Below, piece by piece: positions 39,609 through 52,839 of a stretch of 64,000 bases of DNA. Source of the DNA: Moniliella sp. 'wahieum' (lineage: Eukaryota). A model generated the notes under the pieces. That model was not told the origin of the DNA. It made no database searches and saw nothing but the letters and a program-made list of their open reading frames with translations. Position 1 is the first letter of the stretch; every line of letters starts with the position of its first letter. The DNA lies in assembly GCA_003971905.1 (NCBI GenBank), contig RSEE01000032.1, positions 62,001 to 126,000 of the forward strand, written 5' to 3'. Made by a program: the position numbers and the translations under genes.

Positions 39609-42600
39609 TCAGGCGTGCTTCCAGCACTCTTTACCTCTTCTTCTCCCCCTTTTTCTTCCCCTTCTTCGTCTTGCCCTTGTCCTTCCTCGTCCCCTTCCTC
39701 CTCGTCCCCTTCCTCCTCGTCCCCTTCCTCCTCTCCCCTTCCTCCTCCTCCTCCTTTTCCTCTTCCTCCTCCTCCTCCTCCTCTTCATCCACATCCTTCT
39801 CCTCCTCGTCTCCTTCACGGGAATCCACCTTGGCGGGCGTGTGCAAACGGCCACCCAAGCCGAGGATGGGTTCGTTACGTTGCTCCTCCTCCTCGTCCCA
39901 CTGCGCATCCAGCTCATCCTCGTCCGACTCTTCCTCCGAGTCAGAGGAGAGGAGCTCAATGACTTCCGCCCCGCCAGCGAGGGGACCATTATGCTTCTCG
40001 GCCGTGTCCTCATCGGCAGTGTCACTGTCGCCCCCCATATGGTCGTCGTCTTCCGTAGGCCCATCCTCCTCCGAATCTTCGTCTTCCTCTGAGGGGAGAA
40101 CAGCCGGAGGGCCAGAAGGTTGCCCATCAGAAGAGTGCCCATCTTGCTCTTCCTCGCCACGCCCTTCTTGGGCGTCGCCAGATTCGCCAGACTTTGTCGG
40201 TACCAGTTCTTGAACACCAGTTGGGAATGTGGCATCGGCTTGCTGCGTCTTGGGGCTGGAATTCGGCTCGACGCGCGGCGTGGACTGTTGCGTCAGGGTA
40301 GATGGGTCGATTGGGTTGGTGGAATTGACGTTCGGGTCAATGCTCTGCTCAGCAATTGCTGTAACAGTTACAGTTTGGGAGGGGGTGGCTTCCGAAACGG
40401 CGACTGGGGCGGTAGAGGGCATTTGCGTCGGGTACAAAGAGGCGTCGTGACTGGATTCACCGCCCAACTGGGCGCTCGCCTCTTCAACCCGCGCTTCTGT
40501 TTCTGTGGGATTAAGGAGCGCACCAGAGCAGGTGTCAGGTAGGTCGAACTGGCTCAAAGTGGGGATCGCTGCAGCCTCCGAGCTGGTAAAAGGCAAATCC
40601 ACCAGGCCCTGAAAGCCATCTTTTTCAACTTCCGTCGACCCATGGTCAGGCTCGGAGGCTCTGTCGGTCGACGTAGCGGGGTTGGGAAAGGAAGGCTCGG
40701 CAGCCAGAGTGGGCTGAGTAGCTGGTTCCACATCTTGACTGGCAACCCGGGCCTCTTCCGAGGAAGGTGCCTTCTCCATGGGGTTCGGCTCCATTGGTAC
40801 AGTTGAAGGCTGAGGCACATACCCATTCTGGGTTATAGGCTCGAAGACGAACTCACCAGTAGTACCAAGAAGGCTGGGGTCGATTTGGCCAGGCGCATGT
40901 GGATCATGGGCACCTTGGGCACTTGCTGCAGCCATAGCGACCAAGACTGGATCAATGGTCTCAGATAGTAAAACGCCTTCTGTGACCAGGTCTGAAACGG
41001 GAGCTGGAGCCGGAGCCGGAGCCGGGGCCGGAGCTGGATCCGCAACTGTGACGACGGCATACGAAGACGGAGCATATGTGGGAGGCGGCGGCGGTGGCAA
41101 TTCAGATGAGGAAGGCAGGTTCTCCGTTCCCATATCAGACACAGGCCAACTCGGTAGCGGATCGAATCCGAAATGGTCCAGGTTGGAGTCCATGTGGCTT
41201 TGGTTGTCAGCGAAGAATGGCGGGTCAGCTGTGGCGAAGGCATGGGAGTACCGATCCAAATCGGTGGGATGGGATAGGTGGTCTGAGAGGGGTCTGTGCT
41301 GCAGGTGGTCCGGATCAGCCTCAGACCTACCCTCAGGAAGATTCTTGCCAATCGTCGGCTCATCTTCATCACCCCCTTCCTCTTCTTCTTCTTCTTCCTC
41401 CTCCTCCTCCTCCTCCTCCTCCTCCTCCTCCTCGTCATCTTCGTCCTCATCTTGCGGATCGCTGTCGATGTCACCAAAGGGAGGCAAATATTGATGTGGC
41501 GGCATATCTTGGGAGACTGGTGGCTTCGGAGCAGGCTCATCTCCTTCACTGTCGCTGTCACTGAGGACAACAATATGGTCAGGCTCGTGTGAAAAGGGCC
41601 GAGGAGGCGAAGCAATCTGATTCGGCTCCTCCCGTTGCTCTTCATCTTGGGCTTGTTTAATTTCGTTTTGACCATCCTCCATTGATTCGGAGACGTCACT
41701 TAAATGGGCCTCGTCCAGTTCATCGTAGGACGCCTCGCTGGCTTCGTACTCGACAGGAGGCGCTTGCTCCAAGATCATGCCCTCTTTCGAGTCCAGGCGT
41801 CGGTCTTCCGCTTCATCGTCCTCAGCCTCGTCGTCCTCAGCCTCGTCGTCCTCCGCCTCATCGTCCTCCTCGTCCTCCTCGTCCTCCTCCTCTTCCTCCG
41901 CCTCCTCTCATCCTCATCCTCCTCGCCCTCATCCTCCTCGCCCTCATCCTCCTCGTCCTCGTCCTCCTGCGCGAACCGCTTCAAACCACTGACTCTGTCC
42001 TTTTGGAATGGCTCGACAGAGGATGGTGAAGGGTTGTCACCGATTTCCTAAAACGCAGACATGTCAGTTAGTGTTCAGTGCCAAACATTGTCAAAGACCG
42101 GTAACGAACCTGCACCAAAGAAGCACTCTTTTTGGGCACTGATGGTTGCGGAGGTAGCTGGGCTGCAGCCAGTTGGCCGCGAGCGTTGAGGAGTGCATCA
42201 ATGTCCAATTGACCATCCTTAGTCGTGAACGCAGCAGCAAATCGGGAAGGAGGGAGCGGGTCCGCGGACAACAAAGATGTGTTGGACACCTTTCCCTGTC
42301 CCTGTGCTGAACTGGGTCCGTCATAGGAAGCTAGGTGACTCGATCCCACAGGGTGCGCCTCCGCGTCCGAGCTGGAGCTGGAGCTGGAGCTAGAACCTGA
42401 GTCGGACTCTTCGTCGGATTCTTCGTCGGAATCTGAATCTGAATCTGAGTCTGAACCTTCCGAAGAGGAAGAATCATCGCTGGATGCGCCGCTCGATTTG
42501 GACCCAGGTGCCGACTCGGTAGGATTCTTCTTCCCCTGAGGTCCCACCGCGCCCAAAGGAATAAATGAGCGCGCCAAGTCAGTTCCAACATCTTGTTTCT

Positions 42601-43600
42601 TTTTGCCGTCACGCGCCGAAACTCCACCCGAGTTGAATAGCTCTCCCAGAGCGAGAGCAGCTTGCTGAGCGCGTTCCACAGCAGCATTAGGGTCCTCCTC
42701 CCCTTCTTCCGTCCTGGCGCCCGCCTCTCCGTCCTTTGATTCGCCAGTAGCATCCTCTTCGATTGCTGCAGAATTGCCGGCTTCAAGAACCGCAGAGATC
42801 AGCGGCTTTTTCAGGTTGGACGAACCAAAGTGCAGCGAAGGCAATGTGGGGAGATCGGGAATGTCAAGCCGGGGACGCTTGGCGGGCGGTGGCTCTTCCA
42901 AATCAACTTGCACGCTCTGTTCGCGATAGATGCCCATGCTTTTGGGGGCCAAAGGGATCGACGAAGACGCGTCGTGTCCTTCGACCAGGACGTGAGGGCC
43001 GCGTTAGATGAGGGGACCTCTGCTGGGGAAGGCGATGCAGGGCCACTGAGAAACGACGAAAAAGACAACGAATGGGAGGGGATGTTGGTGTGCAAGAGTT
43101 GGGGAGAAGACTGATTTTGGGACGAAGTGGGGTGGATCCCGAGGATGTCCGCTTTACACCTGACACGGATGCGGGGGCAACAGGAGTCGTGTTAGAAGGG
43201 CGGTTGACTGCGCGACGGATTTGCCAGGCCAGGCCACGCAGCCAACCCCGCTCGTCGAAGCGGTCGTATGCACTTGGTGACTTTGACGGTGTCGACACGG
43301 AGTGCGTTTCCGATGCAGAACCTCCTGGAGGCAATGGAGAAGAGGACGAGGGTGCGTTGGGGACAGGCGCGCGGTGGATGGTCAGCCTGCGGCGTTTGGT
43401 GCCCCCTCACTCGCGTCGGAATCAGGGCGGCGACGCAAACCGAGGCGCTCAAGGGCGCTGGGGCGTGGCCGGCTCTCTCCGTTGGAGGTATGATCGCCAT
43501 GTCCGGTGTCGTTCGGGCGGAGCATGGTCAGCAACCTACTCGGTACGACGGCAAGGGAGGATGGGCCGGATGGTGGGCGCGTCGATGCTGGGGACGGGGG
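39609..43600 (-). CDS. Large acidic, low-complexity hypothetical (likely nuclear) protein
   Basis: ORFs 42903-43334, 42068-42952 and 39631-41778 link by frameshifts and an intron at ~42047-42108. PPAKRPRL NLS-like motif, several poly-E/D tracts, SIM-like IVVLSDSD and VIELLSSDSEE. Start uncertain. Confidence 0.7.
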
Positions 43601-43860
43601 AACGGGCCTGGGAAAGATTACATAAGTCTACTTTCCGACTCGCGAGCGCGGCAGCAAGACACGTGATCATGGACGTCACCGATGCTTCACGCGTCACCCT
43701 GTGTCCCCAGACGTTCAACGTTCGACGTTGGGTTAATGACGCCCTTACGTGAGCAAACGGTTTGCAATGTTGCAACTGTGCCCTTTTCCCTTGGCCTGGC
43801 AGCGGTTGTCTTGATCGTGCCGGTGTCCTTGCCCTTCGCCTCGCCACCTCCATCTCCAGC

Positions 43861-44193
43861 ATGGCGGAACTTCGTTACCATGCTGCATCTCAGCTCGAGA
43901 ACTTGCATGCACGATACACGGGCACCATCCACCCGGACGTGACCAAGCACGAGTGGATCACCCACCAACACCGCGACACCACTGCCTCCATCATCGGCTA
44001 CCCGCAGCTGCTCGCCTACACTGCTCTGGCCGACGGCGAGTCCCAAGCGCGCACTCGCTTTGAGCTGACCGAGGTGTGTCGTTGTTTCCCCCGGTTCCAT
44101 CAGGTGAAGCATCCACTAACGTAACTTCTACTTGCTCTATCGCAGCGCATGCTCCAGCCCTGCGGTCCGCCACCAGAAGAAAAGGACGAATGA
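43861..44193 (+). CDS. SF3B5: Splicing factor 3B subunit 5 (SF3b10)
   Basis: SQLENLHARYTGTIHPDVTKHEWITHQHRDT, intron 44074-44145, RMLQPCGPPP. Confidence 0.95.
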
Positions 44194-45304
44194 ATCGAGA
44201 TCTTGGGCTGCCACTGTGTCACCTTCCTTATGAACCATCCGCTCGACAGGATGATCATAGCACGAACTGTCCGGCCGACCGGCACCCTCACCTGCCTGAT
44301 TCCTGAGGGCACGCAGAACGCATTGCCCTGAGCTCGATACGACGTAGCTAAACGCACACCATGTCATACAGCAGCCACGGCACGTACTGGTGTCCGCCGA
44401 CTGGCCCGCCCTGATGGCGTGTACGCCATCCAATCCTCTTGCGGCTGACGGCTGAACGCCATTTCTGCCACCTGCAACGCACCTTGACTTATCGAGTGGG
44501 TACCATTTTCGTTAGACGATTCTTTCGCCTTGACTTCCTCCCGAGTCTGTGCACGCCAGATGCGATGTTGAATAGTATGCTGTGCCTGATGTGCAGTAGC
44601 GCTGATGTACTGCCGCTCAGAGGAGAGGTGAATGTCTGTGCATCCGTTGCGCAAGTGCGCATCTTTAACGGTGCTCGCCACCGATCGGGTCATCATTTGG
44701 GGCTCACATTGGGGTCAGCAGATCTTGGGCTCACATTTGCTTCTCTTGCCGCCAATTTCTACTCGGAGTCACGGCCACACAAGATGCATCCTAGTTCCGT
44801 TGTTCTGTGCTGTGACCGGCACTGTTTTGATACTTTCTTGTGTCCGATCTGTGTGCGTGTGTGTGCCGGGTAGCTCAACCCCCACAGGGTGTCCAGCCTG
44901 ACAAATACGGCACCATTATACTACTACACGTTGGGTGTCTCGAAACGCCCATCTGCGAAGCGCCTTCGTTGAACGCGGAGCACTACTACGTGCTACTTAG
45001 ACTACTCGAGGTATCGATGATCAGCAATCCTGGTGTAAGAACGATGCTAAGGTATTCTCGATACAAGACCGCCGTCGCTCACGGCGACCGGCAGCCAAGA
45101 TTCCACATTCAACATTCAACCGTGGCACAACACAAACCCAAAACGATAAGCAAACAACGAGCAAAAACGGTGCAAAACGTGCAAAAGTAAGAGGAGGGTT
45201 GGAAACTTGGGTTATATCAGGCCTCAACTGAGTCTCAGTGCTGAGCCTCAGTATTGAGACTCAGGAGGCAAGCGGTAACGCCGCTAGGCCCATGCAGCGG
45301 GACA

Positions 45305-48300
45305 TCAAGGGAAGAGGGCCTGGAGGACGGCCGAGTCAAACGGGTCCAGAATTGAATTTTCCCCGGCCCACGTACCGGAGAAGAGCGAGGGAGGATGAGG
45401 CGGGGGCGCCGCACCAAAGTAGCCGGGGGACAAGAGTTCCATAGGCGCCGGCGCCGGCGCAACGGGTGGCATACCGGGCACGGAAGACGCCAGGTGAGCC
45501 TGGGCCTGAACCTGAGCCTGGGTCTGGGCCTGTGAGCCGCCCAGACTTGCCGTGGCGGCGGGAGCAGCCATGCCCGCCCCAAGATGAGCGTACCAGTTGG
45601 CAGTGGCATTTGGATCGGGAAGTGGGCCCCGGGGCGCCGAGGGGTTAGGCATCGAGGGGAGCAGAGGGGGAACGGCGTTGCCCACCGCGGTGGAGGGTTC
45701 AGCATCGGTCGCAGGCCAGAGCGGCCAGGGGTTAAGCGACCGGACGGGCAAAGGTTCGTTTGTCGCGTGTGGTTCCGGGACAAGCGGGGGAGCAGGGTCC
45801 GTCGTAGTCGGGTCCACTCGGCGACGGGGCCGACTGAGTCGGATCCAATCCCCCTGGGTCTCAGGCCCATTGAACAGCCCCAGAAGCAGTTGTTCCAACG
45901 CGCGGGGGGACCGGGTAGCCCGTACCGGTCCCGGTCGTAGTACCTCGGGGGTGACTTGGCGCGGGGCCGGGTTGGTGCTAGGTGAGTCGGGAGGGCGCGG
46001 GGTTTGTTCGCCCGTGTGCCACGAGGTTGGTTCCTTGCTCGTTTTAGGGCGTTTGGGCGGTGGGGATGTCGTGGTGGGAGGGGCACGTGGAGGTGAGTCG
46101 ACTCCCTGTGCCTGTCGGCGAAATTCAATGAGCGTGTCAACGAGTGAGTGAGACGCACCCCGACGAGCGTGCGCGAGAAAGCTAGTGCGAATAGCGCGGA
46201 TGGACCAGACGATCATCTCGTCCAGTTGCTCATCGATGTACCGCTCTTGCTTGTCTTGTTCCGTGTCCTGAGACGCGCCCGGGCGAGCCTGGCGCTGCTC
46301 CGCTGCATTGGCCCGATGTACCGAGTACATTTGTAACACGATCGTTGCATGGAACACGTAAAGCACAACAAACCATATGGGCCAACCACCGAGATGGCCC
46401 ACCGTAGATGGATGAGCCAGATACTCATGCTCCTCTCCCGAAGAAGGCGGTAGCCAAGGTACTGCATCTGGCAGGGGGTGATCAGACGCTTGGCAAGACG
46501 CAAGAGTTGCCAAGCTGCGTTAACACAAAAGTAGGACGAGCGGGCATAGGTTGGATCGTCAAATCCGCGACTCATGTAGAATCGGTTGGAACGGAGACAA
46601 AGATGGTGGGTGATCATGAGACTCACCAATTTGGTCTTCTCCTCCGGTGTAACAGGCGGAGGCCATGCAACGTCCGAAGAAGAAGCATGTGAAGCCAACA
46701 CTTTCCCTGCTGGAACCTGCACCGTCACTCCTTCCGGCAAAGGATGGAGTTGAGGATAAGGCAAATCCGTTGGCCCTTTGGGCAGAGGCAGTTGCACCTC
46801 GGGAGTAACGGCATGCAGATAGATTAGTTCCTGCGTGGTCAAGCGAAGAGGCGAAGGAATGTTGGTAAAGAGGATCGACCTCGTAGTTCGGCGAGCTCAA
46901 GGTCCTTGGAAGAATATTCGCCATCGGCTTCAGCCACGTCATCGACAAAGAGTTTGTACGCTTGGGAGACCAGGGAGCTAAAGACGAGGAAGAGACTGCT
47001 CATGTTAATCCCCCCTTTCCCAGCACCTGGTGGAGCCAGAAACATATCGGACGGAAGCTGGTCGGCAGGGACCTCGGGCCCGCATGGTGCTTGGCTCATC
47101 GCATCCTCCCTCGGCTCCTCCACCTCCAATCCTAGGACAACACCCCATTGTGGAGTTTGGAGGACAGTCTCCTCTGGGACATCCCACCGAGGATATGCAG
47201 TTCGGGTCAGCCCCTTGCCTGGAGGCCAACGAGCCGAGTAGTAGAGCGTAGTACCATCGGGCTCATGGTCAGGATCGGAGGTGTCGTGTTCAACGTGGCC
47301 TGTAGTTGGGGGGACAGAACGGGAATCGGCGTGGCTGGGTGGCATGCGTGGCCACTCCGCCTGTATTTTCATGCCTTCACTCAGACGCGTGGGGAGACGG
47401 GGGAAGCGCCATGGGTACAAATGAGCGTCAATGCCATACTCGACGCCCTGATCCACGTTCACGAGGTAAAAGAGATCAAATCGGGAACCGAGGAGCCAGT
47501 CCAGAGTAACCAGCGACCACCATACCTTACGCCCCACCTCCCGCACCGCATGGTGACCCATCCCAAACCCTGCAATAGGCGGACGGCGAGGATTGTCACC
47601 ATCGGCAGAGGAACGCGGATCAGCACCATTGCCTGTTTCGATCTCCTCGTTCGGAGGACGATCTTTACCCCCCGGCGGTGTCTTCTTGGTCGCTGCCCCC
47701 ATACTGGCCGCGTCAGGCGATGGGGTTCGGCCAAGCTGAGTTTGAAGCTGGGTCAACAGATGGTTCGAAATGGACATTGACCGAGGTATCTGTAGCGGCA
47801 CCCCTTGCGCGCTAGTCCAGTCGGGGCCATCAGCACCAGGTGTGTGATTTGCCATGCCACCCAACCCCACAGAGACGGGCCCATGCAAAGTACCAGGAGC
47901 GTATTGTTGCTGTTTGCCTCGTTGACGCTGGGCCATCCAGCGTTGGCCATCGCCCTTTGCGCAGCCCAGGCGGTGCAGGCCTTTGAAAGACGCCGCCTTG
48001 ATCGCGACCGAATTGGCCGACGACATACTTACATGCTGGCCCAGGGCCATCCATACCGGACGAAGGATGATGACAGCTTGAAGAAGGTCACGGTGGGGTA
48101 CTCTGCCCAGCGACCAACAGCCAACAAGGTCTGAGCTACCTGGAGGTAACCCGTACGAAGTGCGTCGAGTCCATGTGATGCAGCAGCCATGCGAGCCTCC
48201 TCGAATTGTCCGTCGGGCGGCCAAGAAGAGAAGAGGGCAGCAGCGATTGAGCCCCCATTGCGCGTCTGGGTGCGGATTAAGGAGTAGGGAGAAACCACGG

Positions 48301-49429
48301 TGGACACGTTGGCCAAAACGGCATAGGCGACAGTCAGCACTGCCACCGGTACGGCTTGGTCGGCATCAAGGGGGGATGCATGTAAGATCGCCCATGTCTT
48401 GAGGCGTTCGGTGAGGGCTGGATCGTCATTGGGGGCCCCGCTGCGACGCCCCCCGGCGGCCGCCTGGCGCCGAGCGCGTTCCTTTTTGAGTCCGGCAATC
48501 TGGTCCAGTAGGATACCGCCCACGACGCATCCATGCAGCGGCTCAAGCTCACGCTGAGAGCGATGAAAGGTGGTTAGGATCTCGACCATTTAAGAAAGAT
48601 ATCAGGAGCAAACGTAACTACGTACCAAAAAGTACTCCACCGCCCAATCCAGCACATCGTCTGGGGGGAGAGCATCCAGCGCCTTGGCCACATACGTGGA
48701 AGCCCCTCCCATGCTAGCCCCAGGATAGGGGAAGATGAGTGTGCTGGCCGATCCCGTTCCGGGGGCACCTGGAAGGTGGTTGTGGGCGGGAGAGCGGAGG
48801 ACGAAGCCGAGGGAGCAGTGGGCTGCGAGCGGGCATAGACAGCTGACAGGATGGGTAGGAGTCGGGCAGCAACCAAGTCGGCTACGCGGCTGGACATGCG
48901 TTCGGCGACTTGGTCAGCCAGGGTGTCCATGTCCACTCCTGCTGGGACAGATGGGGCGGCCGCAGCTGCTTCGGGTGTGTGCTGGCCCTGGATCAGCGTG
49001 GCCAGGAGAGGGAGAACCGATGGGCTCGCCGGACGCAGCAGCAGCAACATCGGGCGAAGCAGCGCCAGGCGTAGGCGTAGGCGCCGTGTCGGGGGGGAGG
49101 GAGGATGAGGGGGAGGACGCTTGCTTGGGGTTAGGACCAGGAGGAGTCGGGGCGGAGGCAGGGGCGGGGGGCTGGGAAGGGATGACGCTGCGGCTGGGTT
49201 TGCGGGTGGGGGGCGGATGTGGGCAGGCAGCTCGCGCCGGTCGACGTACACGCACGACGAAGCAACGCCGCGGCGGATGCAGGTGGCGCAGATGGGTTTG
49301 TCCTTGGGGCAACGGATCTTGCGCTGGTAGCAGTTGGTACAGCTGGGGGTGCGGCCGGAAGGGGCAGCAGCCGTGGCACGCCCGTGGCCGCAGCAGCGGC
49401 AGTGGCGGGGTGGGCGTAAGGGTGCGCAT
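45305..49429 (-). CDS. Zn(II)2Cys6 fungal transcription factor
   Basis: SCTNCYQRKIRCPKDKPICATCIRRGVASSCVY; middle-homology-like REVGRKVWWSLVTLDWLL and SSYFCVNAAWQLL. Start approximate. Confidence 0.88.
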
Positions 49430-50613
49430 GGGGCGCGTGGGGGCGGGGCGGGAGAGAGTAGGCGGGCGGGTTCTGGGCGGGATCGGGGGTGGTGGGCTCG
49501 GCGAGGGGGGCGAGGAGGGCGTCGATGTGGAGCGCTGGACGCGCAGGAGGCGGAGGCGGCGCATACGAGTGCGCGTGGCGGCGGCCGGGTGGTGGCGAGG
49601 ACGGAGAGACCATCGGGAGCGCTCGGCACCGCCGCCGAGGAAGCGTAGGTGCTGCTCGTGGCCTCCAACCACCATCCGCCGGCCGTTGCGGCGCCGACCT
49701 GGGCCGAATGGCGCGTCACCGTCACCCTGCAACATTGAAGACTCACCCCGAGTGTGGCGTCCACCCCGTCCGCCCCGTCCGTTCCGCCCCATCGGTTTAC
49801 CCCGCGGGGCGGCGCGAGCAGTCGGCGGCGCTGGCTTGCCACTTGCGACAGTGTTGCCGTTCTTCTTGGGAAGGTATCTGGGCGCAATGGCCGCGCGACC
49901 TCCGGAAGCGCGGACGGCAGAGCGATCCCTATAGTCAACTATCTCCTCTGTCGAGGTCCGATGCCGGTGTGTCCCATCGACACCACCGTATGGGCGTCGG
50001 GGACATGCCAGGGGGCAGCCTGCCGACATCACCTCGCCCATCACATCACATGTCACATGTCACATGCAGCATCCGATCACCCGCACAGGATCAGCCAACT
50101 GCACGCCATGCGCTTCTGTTTGTGCTGTGGCTGGCTGCACGCATCCTGCCGCCTGGGAGCAGTGACGTCGATGATCAATGGTCGGAGGGCCAAGCCACGC
50201 GTGTACGTAAGCCGATCGGCTTGCCCCGAAAATGCGGCGCACGCGGCGGAGCAGGCTGGCCCGTGGCTGGCAGGGCGCGTGGGCACTGCGGCGAGTGGGC
50301 AGCCGCTGCCAGGGCGATGCAGGCGACGATGCAGGGGGATGCAGCTGGGACGCAGGCCGACGCAGGCTGGCTGCAGAGGGGTTCCAGAAGGTGTGTGATC
50401 GTCCGCCCACTGCCCCCCTGCCCCCTCCTGCGCGGCCACCCACAAGCAAGCGCACGCCGGCGCAGGCGCCCCGTCGCACCCACCTGCACCCACCCAATCG
50501 CACCGCTCACCTTCACCGCTCACCTTCACCCTACCCCCGCCCGCTCCCGCCACCAGCACCACCACCACCACCATCACCATCACGCTCCCCCCTGCGCCCC
50601 TGGTGAGCTGGCT

Positions 50614-51786
50614 ATGAGCACCGCCACCGCCCTTCCCGCCCGCACCTCCAACGGCTCCTACTACGTCAGCCCCGCCCGCGGCCGGTCGGCAGGGCATGTC
50701 GCCCGCAGCGTCACCTCGGCCCAGAGCCTCGACTTGCAAGAAAAGATTGCTGCTGCGCGGCGCACGGCTGATGCGCTTAAGGAACAGATCCGTGCCCAGA
50801 AGGACGCCCTTGCTGATGGCACCCTCTTCTTCGGCAGAGAGTGTGCCCCCCCTCCCACGGGTGGCGCTCAAGACGCGCCGGACGCTCAAGGGCCATCTGG
50901 CCAAGGTCTATGCCATGCAGTGGGCCAACGATGCGCGCCACCTCGTCTCGGCTAGCCAAGACGGCAAGTTGATTGTCTGGGATGCGCACACCAGCAACAA
51001 AGTGCATGCCATTCCTCTCAAAAGCAGCTGGGTCATGACGTGCGGGTACAGTCCCTCGGGACAACTCGTCGCCTGTGGCGGCTTGGACAACCTGTGCTCT
51101 GTGTACAACTTGCGTCAAAGCAAAGATCCCGACGCACAGAGCAACGGCAACCCAGCACGCGAGTTGGTGGGTCATACAGGTTATCTTTCCTGCTGCCGCT
51201 TCATTACGGACCGCGACATGGTTACCTCGTCGGGGGACATGAGCTGCATGCTGTGGGACGTAGAGACGGGCCAGCGCAAGGCCGAGTACGACGAGCACAC
51301 TGCCGACGTTATGTTCCTCGCTCTTTCCCCTACCAACCAAAATCTGTTTGTGTCTGGTGCGTGTGATGCGCAGGCCAAGTTGTGGGACACGCGCGTGCCT
51401 GCGTCCAAAGGGGCAGTACAAACCTTTGCCGGCCACGAGACGGACATCAACTCGGTAGCCTTCTTCCCCGATGGCAATGCGTTCGTATCGGGATCGATGA
51501 TGCGACCTGCCGCCTGTTTGACCTGCGTGCCGATCGCTCCCTCGCCGTGTATGCCCACGACAATCTCATGTGCGGAATCACGTCAGTTGACTTTAGTCAC
51601 TCGGGCCGTCTTTTGCTGGCCGGGTACGACGACCACAATGTCAATGTGTGGGATACGCTCAAGTCGGACCGGGTGGGGGTGCTGTCGGCGCATGAGAACC
51701 GAGTATCGTGTCTGGGTGTGTCGAAGGATGGCTTTGCGCTCTGCACTGGCTCTTGGGACGCCCGACTGCTGGTCTGGGCATCCTGA
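50614..51786 (+). CDS. Heterotrimeric G-protein beta subunit
   Basis: [19 protein letters not shown] coiled coil, [55 protein letters not shown]. Confidence 0.95.
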
Positions 51787-52839
51787 GGCGCTGGTCGCGG
51801 CCGCCTTGGCGGTGTTTTTTTTTTTTACTACCCGTTTATTCGCTCTTTTCTGGTTCCACTGGTCCCTCTCTCGCGTTTTTGTTTCTGGCCTGCATGGGTC
51901 GTTTGCTTCTGTTCCGTTTCCAGCCCACACTGTTGTGGCCTAGCTCGGCACCGGACCTTGCACCTCCAAACACCGTGGAACCAAAAGTCCTTTCTTTCTC
52001 GTTTATCCAACCAAATACCTTTTTCCTCTCTCTACGTTATCAGGCTCTTTTCGATGTGTGGCATGCTTGATGCTTATATGAGAAGAGCTCGGCGGGTGGC
52101 CGTGAAACAGCAATGGCTGCCGGAGTGGGGTGGGGGCGGGAGCTCGACCATGCTGTAGTACCCTAGACAACTACCTAGCTGCTCAACCGGCACAGAGCAT
52201 GGGAGACTATCTTGTCATCAGCACAGCGGCATAGAGGACCGCATGCAGTGCGCGTCGCCTGTTGGCCTCCGATATTGGGTGGGTGGTGGGCCGGGAAGGC
52301 CAGGCGCGCATTACGGTAGGACGATGGGGCCTGAGGCCAGCGTATCAGCTGGACTCGACCCAAGGAGATAGACAAGCGAGACTGGGACTGTGACCTGTTG
52401 ACCCCCATGGGGAGAATGAGGCTGGTGAAATTTGAAAACGAAACGCATTGAATATTGAACGTTTCGGTGCGCCTCACCTCCGCAAAACGCGGGACCCAGT
52501 TCCGAGCTCCGAGGTTCAGCAACCCTAGTGCCGATGGCACAGGCATCATCCATCCCGGTCCAGCAAGGCATAGGGAGTGTCCGTGCGGCGGAAGGCGTGA
52601 TGTCTGATGCAGATGCGAGCGCGAACGCGTCGCGTCAACTCGCGGGCGGGACGCTACCGGACGCGGCAGGACGCGACTGGGCACGCGGCAGCAACCCCGC
52701 GCTGGCACGCGACTCGGACGCGCCTGCTTTCCTGGAGCGCGTTTTTGCTGGCTGCGATTTTGCTCGCTGTAAACATTGTCTTTCCCCCGTCCGCAGCTCC
52801 GTCACCACCGCCCTTTTCCTCCTTTCCTCCTTTTCCGCC

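Noticed and set aside
48735..50955. Long alternative-frame ORFs (48735-49934, 49489-50955; also 35627-36517, 62158-63072, 62613-63326)
   Set aside because: Antisense or off-frame shadows of GC-rich or repetitive real genes. The Cys-rich reads are the antisense of Asn codons.
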